A stretch of DNA of 64,000 nucleotides, taken from positions 1,426,001 through 1,490,000 of the forward strand of contig CP089275.1 in NCBI GenBank assembly GCA_023920165.1, written 5' to 3'. The stretch's first letter is position 1; every line of letters starts with the position of its first letter. The stretch comes from Curvularia clavata. Taxonomy: Eukaryota. Below the pieces are notes generated by a model, which searched no databases, was not told the origin of the DNA, and saw only the letters and a list, made by a program, of their open reading frames with translations. This document shows positions 38,340 to 51,353 of the stretch, piece by piece. Made by a program: the position numbers and the translations under genes.

Positions 38340-40319
38340 CTAGAGAGTTTCCTGTGAATGCGTCTTCTCCAGCACAACCTGCACCGATCCATCATCATCT
38401 CCCATACTCGTATATCTGACCCTGTATCCCGCCGCCCACGCATCCAAGTCATCATTTCCTCCCTGCGCCACTCTTGCCAAGTCCTTTGCCTCAGCACCCA
38501 GTCCCACCACACTATCCAGCAAAAGCCTCGTCACATCGACCTGGCGATGAGCTCTTGCCGAAAAGGATTTCCGCGTGTAAAGTGCCATGATGCCGGTAAT
38601 CGCAGCAGCGCCTACCAAGCACACCAGGCCTACGAGCAAGATGCTCGGAACATATGTAATGCGGTACTGCTGCTGCATTTCGAATGCCGGCACATTGATT
38701 GTGTATTCTGGGCGGTTGCGCGACGCATTGTTGCTGGCTGCCGCTACCTCGTAAATGACACGCTGCGTTTCACCCGAAGCGTAGAGGAAGTTGAGTGCGA
38801 AATTGGTAAAAGTGTCATTCGCTCGGGTACCCCATTCGTCCACTTGTTCAGTATACATCTTGTTAAGCGCCGGTCCGATGCCAGGAATCACGGAGCCTGG
38901 AGCGTGGAAGTTCAGGTTGCTCCATTGGAACTTTGCGAGGAGAGAAGGAACGATGACTTTTTCCTGCGGGGAAGGAAACGAAGTGGTGTCGATGGTCCAG
39001 CCGCTGACGCTCGAGTCGTTACTGGGAACCCGAGTCGAGTTGGCGAGGCCTTGTTCGCGGTAGAGCACGCATCGCAACCCGCTGACAGACATGAGGACTT
39101 GGGTCCCATTGAATCCCCATTGGCTCATGTTGAAGGCGCGGTAGCCAACATCTCCGTATTTAGATGGAGTCGTACTGTTGGATAGGTTGAACCGTTCCAA
39201 GTGACCTAGGTACGCCTCGCGATAGCCCAGAGAGAACGCTGCGTATGTATAGCTTTCGCCGTCGCCTGTCCGAATGTTGTCTGGTACGCCCGGGTAGTTG
39301 GCTTGGAATATAGTGTTGTTAGACGTCGCGGTGGTGTTGAGCATTAGACCAATTTGTGTGTTGAGCGGGCCCAGGGGCTGCATGACAGAGACCGTCAATG
39401 GCAGATCAGGGGTGCACTCAACGGAAATTCGGTAGGCTGGCACATTTTCAAGCTTGGAGATGGATGGCGGTAGAGATCGTAGCGACTGAGTGGTGGCGTT
39501 GACGCCCACGTAGGTACCGTCGGTCAGCTTCGAGGCGGCATCTTCGTAGGATAGGTCGGTCAGGAGACTCATCACGTCCTTTGCGACTTGGGCGTTCTGA
39601 GACATATCAAAGTCGTACAAGCGCAGTTTGTTGTTGTTGTCCATTCCGAGGTTCGCGTTGACGACAGCGTCAGTCTGCAGTCGTAAAGCAGCCAACGTCT
39701 TTGAAGAGCTGAGTTCAGAAAATGCCTCATACGCAATAACATTGCTCAATGCTGTTCTAGACACAGCGGAGAGAATTGTCAGCAGAGCAAATGTCCCAAG
39801 GGACCATGTCTTGCCGAGAAGTAGGTTGCGAAGGTGGAAAAGGTCATAGTTCCCGCCAGAAGTGCCGCTTGCAGTGACCAGCGTGCGAAGTGGAATTGGT
39901 TTCGACTGTTGTTCGTTCACAACGGAAACGCGCGCGCTTGAAAACCACACAAAGTTCACAGCAGCCATGAACATAGGCGCTAGTATCGCTCCTGTGATTA
40001 CATCAATCGCTTTTGCCTGTGCTTGGCTAAGTCGGCCCCCAATCTCCTCTCCCGCGAATGTGTCGAAGATACGCGGATTTGCTCGGACGCATGCCAGCCA
40101 GGCGATGAGTGCGACAAGTGGGATGGCCAGTGTCAGAGCGATCTGTGCAGCTGACCATGATTGCGCGGAACTCTTTCTAAGACCTGGAACAATGGGTGTG
40201 GTGGTTGTAGATATGGGAGCTTTCTCCGCTGGAGGGGTTGTGGGATCCTGAGTCATTGGTACGGGGCCATAAGGCTGCGAATTAGGACCTCCCAGTAAAT
40301 GGAGAGCGCTGTTTGCCAT
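38340..40319 (-). CDS. Hypothetical membrane protein with large N-glycosylated luminal domain
   Basis: 659-aa intronless ORF with about 3 N-terminal hydrophobic segments, many N-x-S/T sites and a C-terminal TM segment. Confidence 0.75.
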   Translation of the reverse strand: MANSALHLLGGPNSQPYGPVPMTQDPTTPPAEKAPISTTTTPIVPGLRKSSAQSWSAAQIALTLAIPLVALIAWLACVRANPRIFDTFAGEEIGGRLSQAQAKAIDVITGAILAPMFMAAVNFVWFSSARVSVVNEQQSKPIPLRTLVTASGTSGGNYDLFHLRNLLLGKTWSLGTFALLTILSAVSRTALSNVIAYEAFSELSSSKTLAALRLQTDAVVNANLGMDNNNKLRLYDFDMSQNAQVAKDVMSLLTDLSYEDAASKLTDGTYVGVNATTQSLRSLPPSISKLENVPAYRISVECTPDLPLTVSVMQPLGPLNTQIGLMLNTTATSNNTIFQANYPGVPDNIRTGDGESYTYAAFSLGYREAYLGHLERFNLSNSTTPSKYGDVGYRAFNMSQWGFNGTQVLMSVSGLRCVLYREQGLANSTRVPSNDSSVSGWTIDTTSFPSPQEKVIVPSLLAKFQWSNLNFHAPGSVIPGIGPALNKMYTEQVDEWGTRANDTFTNFALNFLYASGETQRVIYEVAAASNNASRNRPEYTINVPAFEMQQQYRITYVPSILLVGLVCLVGAAAITGIMALYTRKSFSARAHRQVDVTRLLLDSVVGLGAEAKDLARVAQGGNDDLDAWAAGYRVRYTSMGDDDGSVQVVLEKTHSQETL

Positions 40320-41684
40320 GGCTTGGTGGAGAACTCCATGTAAGAAATCAAGTGAGGCTACCGCCTTATTATATCTGTGTGGGAAGTGATCAGATTTAGC
40401 ATGGACATGTCAGACGTGGCTTTGGCCCCCAAATAGTCTCCCCACTCACAAGGCGTAAGTCTACTGAAGCGGTTCATGAGCCAATAGATGTGCGAAACGC
40501 GAAAACCAAATCTCCTAGCGCTTGCTTGCCTTACTCCTACAATTTAGCCCCCAAGGCGCACAGCAGTGCATTGACTGGCTGGCTGGGCATAGCCACGAAG
40601 TATCATCTCAGACCGGGCCCTATGCATGCACCCAAATCTGCTAAATGCTCCCCGTGGGGGTCTGCAGCTACTGGCTTCTCCCAGAGTGTTAGGCTAGCAA
40701 GGTATCAAACTGAAGCTTGTCCCAGATCGAATACAATAGCGAAAGAGCCGGCACCAGCCTGCGGCCTGCCATTCTTATTTCCTAGCTCCCACTAGGTTAC
40801 ACAGCATAACGGCAGCCGAGCCATGCGGCATTAGCACAGACGGTATCCGCGGAAGCACGGACAGTAATCTTTTAATAGGCAAATGCTATTGAGAAAGGGA
40901 TTGGGGCGGCAGCGTTTTCGTGGCTATCGAAGTAGGAATATTGTTGGGCGCTAGCAGGTGTGCCGACCTACGCAGTGGGCTTTCCAGTTGATTGAGAAGC
41001 TGGGCTGTTACTGTATCTACGAGATAAGTATAAAGTAGGTATGAGTTTTGTTCCACGGAGAAAAATAGAAGCTGCATTGCGGCTGTGGCGCAGGTTGATT
41101 CAGGGTTTGACAGGCTATGCGCCCTCGTATCCTCGGTAGTGGCGCAATACATCCACCGGGAAACAAAAAAGCTGCCTGCAGCTAGTGCGTGGATTCGCAA
41201 CGTCTATCCAACACCAAGTGGCTGTTGTAGTCACTTCGCAGAACTTTTCTACGATTCGCTTTCCGTAGGGATTGAACTTCTGTTGGCGGTTTAGCGTCCG
41301 ACTGCGGGCTAGAGTACTAATTCACTCTATGCACCAACCTTATCCCCCTCCTGTGGACAAAGGAAGCTACCCTATTGGACGCATTCTCACACATCGTAAA
41401 AGTCAAGAATCACTAGCAAGGTCCGCGGTAATTTTGTCTTGTTTGAATTTTGCTTACCCAGCTAATCGTTGCCGGTACTACGTGGTTGCTTTTGAACCAG
41501 TGCAATGACATACACGGTCGAAATTTTGTGAAACATTGAAGACGGCTTGTTCAAATGATGAATTAGAACATATTTTGATGAAAACGTGCGTTTATATTCG
41601 TAGGTTACTATGTAGTGCTAATACGAGAGTGCACAGTGCGACCTTTGGTTGACTTCCAAATCATCTTGATGACCCAGTAAGTAT

Positions 41685-42126
41685 CTAGGAAGCTTCCCTG
41701 GTAGTGCAGGCACTAGCGGGAGGTGTCTGACATGTCTATGAAACTCCAGTCAGCAACAGGCCGCTTTCATGATGCGTGCACATTTAGACTCACCAGAGCA
41801 TTTTGTTGATATTCGGGGCTTCCCACCGTGCAGACCTTTGGGCTGTTACCACAGTTGCAGAAAGACACGGCCTTGCAGGTCTGAATTGTGGTGCCTGGTC
41901 CCGGGTATGATGGGAAAGAATAGCTGTAGTCCTAGAGGGCGTCTTAGCTATGCAAAGAATAGAGTTGAAGGCAAGAAAATGACTAGAAGATGCGTACCCA
42001 GTTGCAAGCATCACCAGGTTGCTTTCCCTGACAGATCTTGTTAAGCTCCGCATTTAGTTGATTTACGGTGAGGACTTGCGCCGAAGCGCAAGAGGCGAAG
42101 AGGAAAGCAATAAAAGATGTCTTCAT
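41685..42126 (-). CDS. Small secreted cysteine-rich protein (105 aa, effector candidate), not in the ORF track
   Basis: Exons 42126-41998, 41931-41794 and 41735-41685, with GTACGC..GCTAAG..TAG and GTGAGT..GCTGAC..TAG introns. Signal peptide MKTSFIAFLFASCASA, 8 Cys in the mature chain. Confidence 0.8.
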
Positions 42127-43523
42127 GACGGGCTAGAGTCTTAGCACAAGTAGATATGTTTGATGGTTGCTGCAAAGTTTTGGATGAGTAGTGACTAAGA
42201 ACATCATACTACGGACTCGGCTTTATACAAGAATGAAATGGACCGGTCAAATACAAGAAGTCTAGACCAATATCTGATCTATTCAGACACGGAACATTTA
42301 GAGTAAGCATGTCAGCGCTACGAAATGACGGCCCGGAACCTACAAACATTCTCGCCGAATGACGACTGTAGAGACCAGCTGGGCGTATAATCTTAGCATG
42401 ACCTGGCCAATCTTGGAAGCGCGATTCGAGTTATATGCCGTTTGTTGCCCGGAGAATACCACGCTACGAGCCGTGGTTGTGCCGCACGTTGACTGGTATG
42501 GAATAGCGCCGTTTCTCATTGTAGAGGCTTGTACATAAGTCGCATGATGAAGTACCGCACCCTGCAAAGTCTCAATTGCCGACATTGCAGCCAAGGCTAT
42601 GAGTCTCAACGGTGGCATTTAGGTATGAGAGGAGAATGAGATGAACTAAGCTCCTGCTTCGCTTTCTTCAGAAAAAGGCGGTGAATGGGTGAATAGTGCC
42701 GGGTTAACGCCGCCCCAGCCACAGCCATCGACGTCGAAACCATCAAGCACATGGGCTTGGATCTCATAGAACTAAGATCTATGCGGCCAGCGGAATGTCA
42801 ATGGTTCACGAGCCTTGCACATAGATGACCTCATCGCAGACATACTGAAGCGAGATAAATGCTATCCAGATTCTTGAACGTGGCAGTAGACGTCATTTCT
42901 ACACAATACGTGCTGGTGTTGACTAATCATAGTGTATCTGACACTCATAACAACTTCACACTTGTATATGCACCGGTGGTCTGTGTGTCGTGAGCGCTAC
43001 GAATACTGCTTCGTCATACGTTTCCCACTGTTTAGGCTGCAAACTCCATCGACACGCTCTTGTTAATTAATCGTCCCCTTGGATTCTCTTCAAACGACGA
43101 CTGTCGCTCTTCTTCGGTTTCTACTTCATTTGCCTTGGTTTCGCGATCTTCTCAATCTATATTGCGCACTCCGTGACTTGCCTCAGTGCCTTCAGCATCG
43201 ATCAGGTTTCTCACTAGATAGCTTTGTCTAAAGGCATCGTAAGTTGCGGATGTCGGATAGCGGTGAGATCGGTGATGTGTTGCGCTTCTCCGATAGATTT
43301 GGCCACGTCCTAGCCTATTCTCCCTTAATCATGTTGAGAGTAGACCTTTCTTAGTGCATGTAGTACAGCAGTGCGACTCAAATAGTCGTGGTTGTCTGGG
43401 GGCATGTTGTAGGTATTCTGTGAGCTAAGCCATATCTTCAGCGCCTGGATCGGCCATAGTAGCGGGCGATGTACCGAATAGACCTGAGTATTCATTGCAC
43501 ACAACCTGCTTATGTGGGCATAC

Positions 43524-43770
43524 TGTCATACATTAGCACCGCTGCATGGGAATCGGGATGGGATGGGGCTAGATCTAATGTAAGCTAAGCGAAGCTAACC
43601 CTAACCCTAACCCTATCATTCCCTGAACCTCCAGGGTCTGTGCGAAACCAGAATAGCATGATACGAACCCTCCGCGGGGTTACCCGGTTCTTGATTACCG
43701 GTGCATCCGCGGACGGGTCCCTGAATACAACGACGCCTACTCTAATCGTGTTTAGTTTCCTCATCACTAT
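43524..43770 (+). mobile_element. Probable truncated solo LTR carrying an internal (CCCTAA)-type repeat
   Basis: Starts TGTCATAC, contains ctaaccctaaccctaaccct at ~43596-43615 and gaatacaa near the 3' end, then shifts abruptly to AT-rich sequence. No CA terminus or target-site duplication found. Confidence 0.45.
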
Positions 43771-43981
43771 TTTTGTTTTGCTTGCCTTGATAGAAAGCTA
43801 TGCTATTAGCATTTTGATATACGTCTATCGCTCTAGTTTACTATGTTCATGGGTGGCTCTAGAGAATTTCCTTAGTTTTCGTGTCTATGGTATAACGATA
43901 TAGCACTCGGGAATTAAACAAAGTATATTCTTCTCAACATTAAAGATGTGAGCCCGAGCCGATGGTTTATAAATACGTTGA

Positions 43982-45355
43982 TTACAAACTTATATCATCG
44001 GATGATCGATGAGAAACTGAGTACGGTTCTTTGGGCGATACATCCCTGAGTTCTGTTGTGCTGTGGAAATGAACGTCTTTTTGTATGTAGATAGCTTTGT
44101 CGTGCGTCGTATTCACAGCGCTGGCATTCATGAATCGAGTCCCACGCCTGCTGCCATATTGGTTGGCAGCAGTCGACTCGCCTTTGCCACTTGATCCCAC
44201 CATCTTTGGCGCAAATCTCTTCAGCAGTGGCCGAAGTGTGGGGATGCAGGCACACATTATACCCATGCTGGTTTCGAGGGTAGAGAAGTACGCAATGGTA
44301 CCCATTTGCCATGTGACGTCGCTCCAGTCAAAACCAGGTCCAATCAGTATGTGGAGTCTTATTGCTGAGATAATGCATACACTACTAAAGGTGAGTATAG
44401 TCATCAATGAAGAAGTACTAGTGCCACTTACGCTAAGCCTATGCATAAGATAGCTAACAGGTATGCCTTACGCAAGGCATTGATCTGCAATTGAAGCACT
44501 GGCTGGACTGGGATAATGAGAATGAGAAAATCTGTAACCATGTTCATGACAGCATTGAGTGCAGCAAGTCTGGTTACTGTCAGTAAACACTACCTCACTT
44601 GTACACATAAGTTGCATCACTCACGTGTTATTGCCAACACAAACTGGTGGCCGTATATTCGTGACATTCGAGAACGTGCAGATGAATGGAGTGAAGATCC
44701 TATGAAGAATGAACTTGTTAGATAACTCTCAGGAAACCTTGAGCGAAAAACTCACTGCTGCGCAGAACCCCAAATGAGGAGAAACACGACCCCCCACTTG
44801 CAGATAAGCCTCATAGCTCGACCGGGAAAAATCTTTCCATATTGGAGTAGGAGGGAAATCTTGATCGCGATTTGGGCCGCATTGTACACCTCTATAGCAA
44901 ACAATAGTATCTTGATTAGGTTAGTTGTTATGCGCTTAAGGCATGTTATGATGATGGATTCTTTACCTTTGAAAACGTTCCCAGTTTGTCCTGGACAACA
45001 AAAACATGTCGCCCTGCACCCCCAACGGTAAGCATTGCATAATTGCCGGCTGATACCCCCAGATTGAGTATTTGGGCTACAAGGATCGTGTAATCGTCAG
45101 ATCCAACATTTCGTAAGATTATCCTCCTATGCAGATGCAAAATTCGATTAGCCTCATGCACTAAATCCTCTAAAAAGCTGTATACGTACCGTGTGTAAAA
45201 CCGAAGGGCTACGCAGGCGCATGAAAGCACCGTGAAAATTGTGACGATAACCAAAGCAGCAGGAACCTAAATCATACTAATGAGTTGCGTGTGTGTTGCG
45301 CTGGGAGCGATCTGCGTACTCGGGTTTCCTTGGCTAAGTTCTCATCATAGGCCAT
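43982..45355 (-). CDS. PTH11-like (fungal rhodopsin-domain) integral membrane protein, no CFEM domain
   Basis: VALRFYTR, VGSDDYTI, AIKISLLLQY, NMVTDFLIL and LETSMGIMCACIPTLRPL. Multiple introns. Confidence 0.85.
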
Positions 45356-47267
45356 TGTGGCTGGCTCAAAGTTGAACTTGCATGTGCGATAGGGAATGTT
45401 CAACCAAGGATTAAATGACCCCACCGTCTTAAAGTAAAACCTTGAAAGGGTCAGAGAGTGAGCGGATAGGTAAGGGTCGGACTTCTCGAGACCTTGTAGT
45501 TTCTTCGAAAGGAGAAGCCGCCTGTAACATAGTTGAGTCTAAACTACGCCCAGCTGCAGGCTATCAGGTGCTTGCCAATCGGCTGCTGGCTCGGCCTATA
45601 GCGCATGGCATCCAAAGATCGTATCTGGCTGGCTAACATCTGAGCACGGTTACGGTGGCACGCCTGGAGAACTGACTGGCGCCACTAGAGCTAGACCATC
45701 TAGAATCTTATCTGCTTAGTACGGGGGGCATGGAGTATGGGGTATCATGGCCTGTGCGCGGAGCCGAACCTCCCGTACACGGTGGGTCGCCATGGCAGCT
45801 TATGACTCGGACTCTTCTGATTGAAAAAATGTACGTTCGACTCCATATGTTTCTGCGCCTTAGATAGGGATGTTGTGTACTGTCCTGTGTAGCAGTGTAG
45901 TTCTATTCTGTTGTGGCTGGTGGTATCATGACACACATATCTAGCATGAGCACAGGCCGCTGCCTTCTCTTTGAATAGGAGTACGAGGACCTGAAACGGC
46001 TCGGAAATGCCTTCCGAAGCTGGGAACGAGGCCGTGCAACGCATAATGGGCTTGGGATGCCTTGCAAACTTTGGTAGTTCGAGTCAGTAGCGTGGATGGC
46101 GCGCCTTCTCGCCTGCCTTCCCCGCGCCACACAGTTCGCGTTCGCTTCTAATACTCCTCCGCCTGTTCTTATTGGGGCAACACCCCATAGGGGAACTGCT
46201 AGCATTTCTTTTCGGCCCACGAACCGGGCGAAATCTGTCTTGCTCCCAATCGCATGAGCTGGAGTGCTTCATCCACTCAATGGAAACTACTGTACAGTCC
46301 TGACGCGCGCTCACCACCTTCCTCGTTCGTTAAACGCGTTGACACGTTCTTGATCCGGAGTCTGTCGCATTCGACAGATGACTCGAAAGAGACGAGTATT
46401 AATATTTTAAGGTTGATTGAGAAAAGTACAGACGTATGTATACATGAAGCGCGGGCTGGCTAAGTAAAGGAAAGTAGCCGAGGCACTTTATCGAATAGGG
46501 TAAGACCTGGCAGGGTCACCACCCGTCCACCCACGTTTTCAAGATTTGGTTGAAGCAGCGTATGTATGAGGATGCAATAGCTCAACTAAGTAAGATGGTG
46601 ACTAGAGTAGGAAGAAAACTAGTCGCCGTGGTCGTTCTCAACCAATGATCCCTCGTGGCTGAGCAGGAGATGAGATGAAATAGAGTTCATGGATACAGAC
46701 CTGGTGTGGATTACGAATTACTACCCGACACGATGTGCTAAATGTAAACTTTGAATGTCTGTTGTAGGAAGAGCGGCTATTGCGGCCAAAGAGTTGCCTT
46801 GTTTTGACAAATAAGCGGCAGAGGGTAAGGGTCATGCTCACTAGTACCTGACTTAATAAGTAATGTTGCAGCTTTGACTACCTACTTTTCTATACACATC
46901 CCAGAGCCAATTCTTACTAAGAGCAACATGCGCATTTGTATCTCGGCTTATTGCTTACGCTCACTATCGCACACAAAGGCTCATTCTGTCACCGTTCAAA
47001 ATCAACTAGTAAACTTGTAGCTATACGTTGAAAAAGTGGAACTAAGAAATAATGGATCTTTTTGGGTGGTAGAAGTCTACTATATACCGCGCTAGTCTGT
47101 ATCTAGAGTCTGCTAGATGTAACTGCCTTATAACAACATATGTACTACGATAATGAAGAGATGAATACAGAAGCTCACTATACTATATTCATTGGTATGC
47201 GCTCTCGACTCTATACGCCTCTTAGCATGCCTCTTGTTATGATAAAACATCATCAAGACAGTGACTT

Positions 47268-48515
47268 CTAAGCAGATGGTGGGGCGCCACCGCTGGGTGC
47301 CGTACCGTTAGGGCCACCGGGTGCGGTGCCGTTAGGGCCACCTCCCATACCGGAATTCTCATTTTCAACGCCACCGTCAGAGGTATAGTAAACAGCCGGG
47401 CTGACATCGTACGAAGATGTGGTGTCCATGCCGAAAGCGATCCAACCAAAAATGCCGTCAGACACATTATCGCCAAGCAAAACGTATTCGACCACAGGAT
47501 CAACGTCGGCAGCTTCTCCAGCCAGAATGGAATCATCGGCGTTGGTCGTGAGTTCCTGTGTGTTACTGGCATACGGCTCTTCAGTCTCGACGAGTGAGAT
47601 TAGATCCTGATCGAAGAATATCTGTCCAACGTGCGTGATGTTGCCACCGGCCAGAGTTTTGTTGGCGTTCAGTGAAGCACCGACATGGCTGAGGACATGT
47701 ATATGGGTCTGAATCTGTGTGAGCCTGAGGTTGCAGAAGAATATAAGATATGGAATCAATCTTACCGCACGACCAGTGTAGTGGCCCGGGAACAGGGTGT
47801 CAAAGGTGACAACACCATCGTTGTCAGAGAGGTTAATACCGCGGAGAAAGGTGGCATCGAGGTTAGACTCATCAGAAGAGTCACCATTGCCGTTTGCAAC
47901 GACACCAGAGTACACACCAGTCGAGTTACAGTGCCATGCCTCGAGATAGACCCTAGGCACAGGCTCACAAGTGTTGACATCGATAATCTGAATGTCAAGG
48001 GTGAGGGGCACACCCTGCTGGTCATCGGTTATATTCTGGCGAACAAGTTCACCGGAAACCCAGTAAGGGCCTTGAGTCGTCTCAGGGGTAAGAATGCAGC
48101 TGTTGTTGCCCGAGAAGAGGATCGAGGGGTCCGTGTTAGGCGTGACACCGGTGAGATTGGACTTGTGGTCAGTGGCGAGGACAGTGTCGAGATCGCGGGC
48201 TTGGAGATATGGCTTCGCTGAACTATGAATTAGTATTACTGCTTATTTTCAACCATGTTGCGCTGGAAGCCTACCAGTACTGATGGACATCTTCTGGCGC
48301 GCCTTCTCGACCAAAGAGCGGCGACGATTCTGCATAGCAACATCGTTACCTCTTGCCTTTAGCTGATCCGCGCAATGAGCCAGCGAACGTTTGTGAGTGC
48401 TCAGATATGCATTGCGCTCTGCTGCCTCCCGTTTCATCTCGGCCTTGCTCTGGCCGGGATGCGCCGCTGCCAGAACGGAAAGGCTGAGAAGTGTGGAAGC
48501 AATGGAAATCTTCAT
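47268..48515 (-). CDS. Secreted intradiol ring-cleavage dioxygenase-like protein
   Basis: Signal peptide then HPG, TPETTQGPYW, AWHCNSTGVYSG, FPGHYTGRA|THIH and HVGQIFFDQ. G/P-rich tail with a GGPNGTAP repeat. Two introns. Confidence 0.9.
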
Positions 48516-48662
48516 TTTGTCTGGATGAAAAGAAGTATGTACTGAAGAAGCAAGCGTAAAGACGAGACGATCAATTCGGTGGGAAGGTAGGATAGACTGT
48601 TGTGCTGGGTGAGTAGCGATCTTGTCTGCGGTCATCTGGAGGCATTTTATACTCAAATGTCA

Positions 48663-48716
48663 AAGGAGGTATTTAGTGATTGCCAAGAGGTATTTAGCAG
48701 TAGCCAAGAGGTGTTG
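48663..48716 (+). repeat. Imperfect ~21-bp tandem repeat upstream of the dioxygenase gene
   Basis: aaggaggtatttagtgattgcc / aagaggtatttagcagtagcc / aagaggtgttg. Confidence 0.55.
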
Positions 48717-51353
48717 TTGAACATACGTACTACATGCTTGGTCTCGCCTCATCGGTGCCGTCAACGTACACGCAACCAAGAGGCTAAGCCTCCGAAACAG
48801 CTGTCTTTGTTAACTTGGCAATCGTCCTAATTGCCTTGGCAGTCTTCTAATGAAGATCGTTTTCCGTAAAGAGCACTACCGTTTCGTTACGAGGTTCTTA
48901 CTTGTAGCCGAAAACTTTATGAACATGCACTTTCATACCTACATAATCTGGTATTGATATCCTCCCTGAATTCATCATGTTACTTTACTGTTACACTTTC
49001 CTGTATCGGTATACACATAATTTTGTAGAACAGAACCTGACTCGAGAACATTTCTCTCTGGAAACAGATTCTTCGCATTATCGTGACGCGTCAAGGGACA
49101 ACGTCATGCCGAAGCATACGTATTGCAATCAAGCTGTTCCTGAAACACAACAAGAGAAATTGTTTTTGAGTGGTTCTTTGGTTGTTTATCGATGTGAACG
49201 CGCGTCTAGTTGGCCAAAGCGCCGGAGTTTACCCTAGTCTTAGACTAGTGGTCTCTAACGCACGTAAAGGGTTATCAGGTACCAACAGAGAAATGCATCA
49301 TAATTGCGTTGGCCATGCGCTTTGTTCAAACTCCAAGAGCACTTGCCTCACGCATTCACAATCCGACAATATCCTCATTACTAGTCATTCTGCGGATGCA
49401 ACTTGCATCTGAACTAAGCGCAGCCACATTGTAAATATGCACTGATATCTGTGCACCAGACGTGGCATTACTAGAGAATATGTTTGAGTATGCAGTTCAG
49501 CATTGTGGGCGTGAGCAACCGCGACATGATATTGCTAAGGATAGATAGACTACGAATGCATCCTCGGCTGCATCTTCTTCAATATTTGGTGGACAAATTC
49601 ATATGGCTTAGGGTCATTGAAATAAGGTTGTTGTCACGGTTTAGGCCAAGGAGCACTGGTGCGTTGAAACATCTATTCCTACAGTGATGTGAAGAACTAA
49701 AGAGCGGTGGGAGACGCCCTTCTCCGAACATATCGACCATCGTCGTGTGACAGTTGTCAACACACAAGAGTTCTATCAGCGAGGCGGACTGAGCCATGGA
49801 GTGGATGGTTTGGGCGTGAGACAAGGCGATTTTCGAGGCCAGCAGCTTCAGCAGAGTGAGTGCAGGCATAGAGTGTGAAAGAGCTGCAGCGATGCATCCA
49901 GAATCTCATTGAAGAAAAGACACAGAGACAGTCAACAAAGACAGGCTTCTGTTCACTCGTGAGAGGAAGAAACAGCACATGAGCAGTTAGAGAGGAGGTG
50001 ACAGAAAAGCTGATATTGCGTAATGTACAGCTAACGCATGTCGTGGCGCTCTGCTTCAAGAAGTCCATGGAGGTGAGTGTGGACATGGTGGGTGTGGCTA
50101 TGATTGGCAGGATCAAATCCAGCGGTATGTACATACATCGTATCTTATATGGCGGTATGTTGATGAAGGCATGTAGGCGCATTCGTGCACATCAAACCCG
50201 AGGTACCATGCGCACACGGACGTGCCTGAGCTATTGTAGGGCAAAACCAATGCCAGTTACGCTTGTGGCGCCGAACTGTCACACTTCACTGGATGGCCCA
50301 GTCAGAGAATTACTGCCACTAAAAAGCGACGTTGCAGAAGATAGGAATCGTCAGATGGAGAGGGTAGACAACCGAGCATCGATACGTTCCGAGCCGATCA
50401 ACGCGCCGTAAACTATTGGTTACCTACATCATCTTCATGTCCAGATGCACGGGGACATCTGAAAGAGCCTTGATCGAACACCAGAGCTTCTGCTTGGCGG
50501 TGACTGTCGATGGGGAGTGGCTGCGGATCGTGGAGACGTCTCGGGTGTCGTAGTTCACCACCTACAACTTTGATACCTCGCAGGAGAAGTCCTTCACTGT
50601 CCTGGTAGCTGGCGGGTGCATGGAGAACCGGCTATTGGATCTGAGCGGCTTCATACGACGCGCTGTCATCAAAATGTACTGCTATTACGCCTTCAATTCT
50701 GCAGTTGCTTGAACTATGTGGCTTGCCCTCGTTCGACTTCCTGATAGTGTAAAGGACTTCGAAATGGATACTGGGGAAGATTTTGAGCCCATGAGCTGAA
50801 GATAGCAAAGTGAATTCTAGAAATCACTGCGATATCATGGAAAGGGCTTGTTAGGTAGAGAAAAGTAGTAAATACTAATTAATTTGTCGAACATGGGAGC
50901 TCAACAGCAGACGCAGCGATGCGGGAATAGTGACATGTAACAGCTGCAAAGAGTCGTCTCATGATCCACTATCTCGATTAAAAGTTACAACACCTTCAAC
51001 GAGGTCTACCTTGTCTAATTTTTCACATCATACACTGTTCGGACTTTCACAGACCCTATCTATAATAAACCCTCACTACACATTGATCCCTGATTGTCGA
51101 TGTTATTCTTTCCAATCTGATTGTAATGTGCTATCTTCACGCTCCGCCAAGTATGAGTGAACGATGTCTAAGCTGCCGTGGACTGTAGAAGTGCTAGGGG
51201 CTTAGGTGCGGTCTTTATTGTTAGTAAGCGAGTGCCACGAACTAGTTGTGATTAGCCTTATCTATTTTAGGTTGACTATAACTATAAATATGTTGCATAT
51301 TTCAGATTCTCTTCTGTCGCAGTAAAGAAGTCTATGGATGTAGACATAGATTA

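Noticed and set aside
43596..43615. Telomerase RNA template or chromosome end
   Set aside because: About three repeats is longer than a template. The site is internal, ~370 bp from a convergent gene, and in an LTR-like context.
49480..50800. Coding-like fragments before the transposon
   Set aside because: Frames are broken by many stops and no family could be recognised. They may be decayed genes but cannot be supported.
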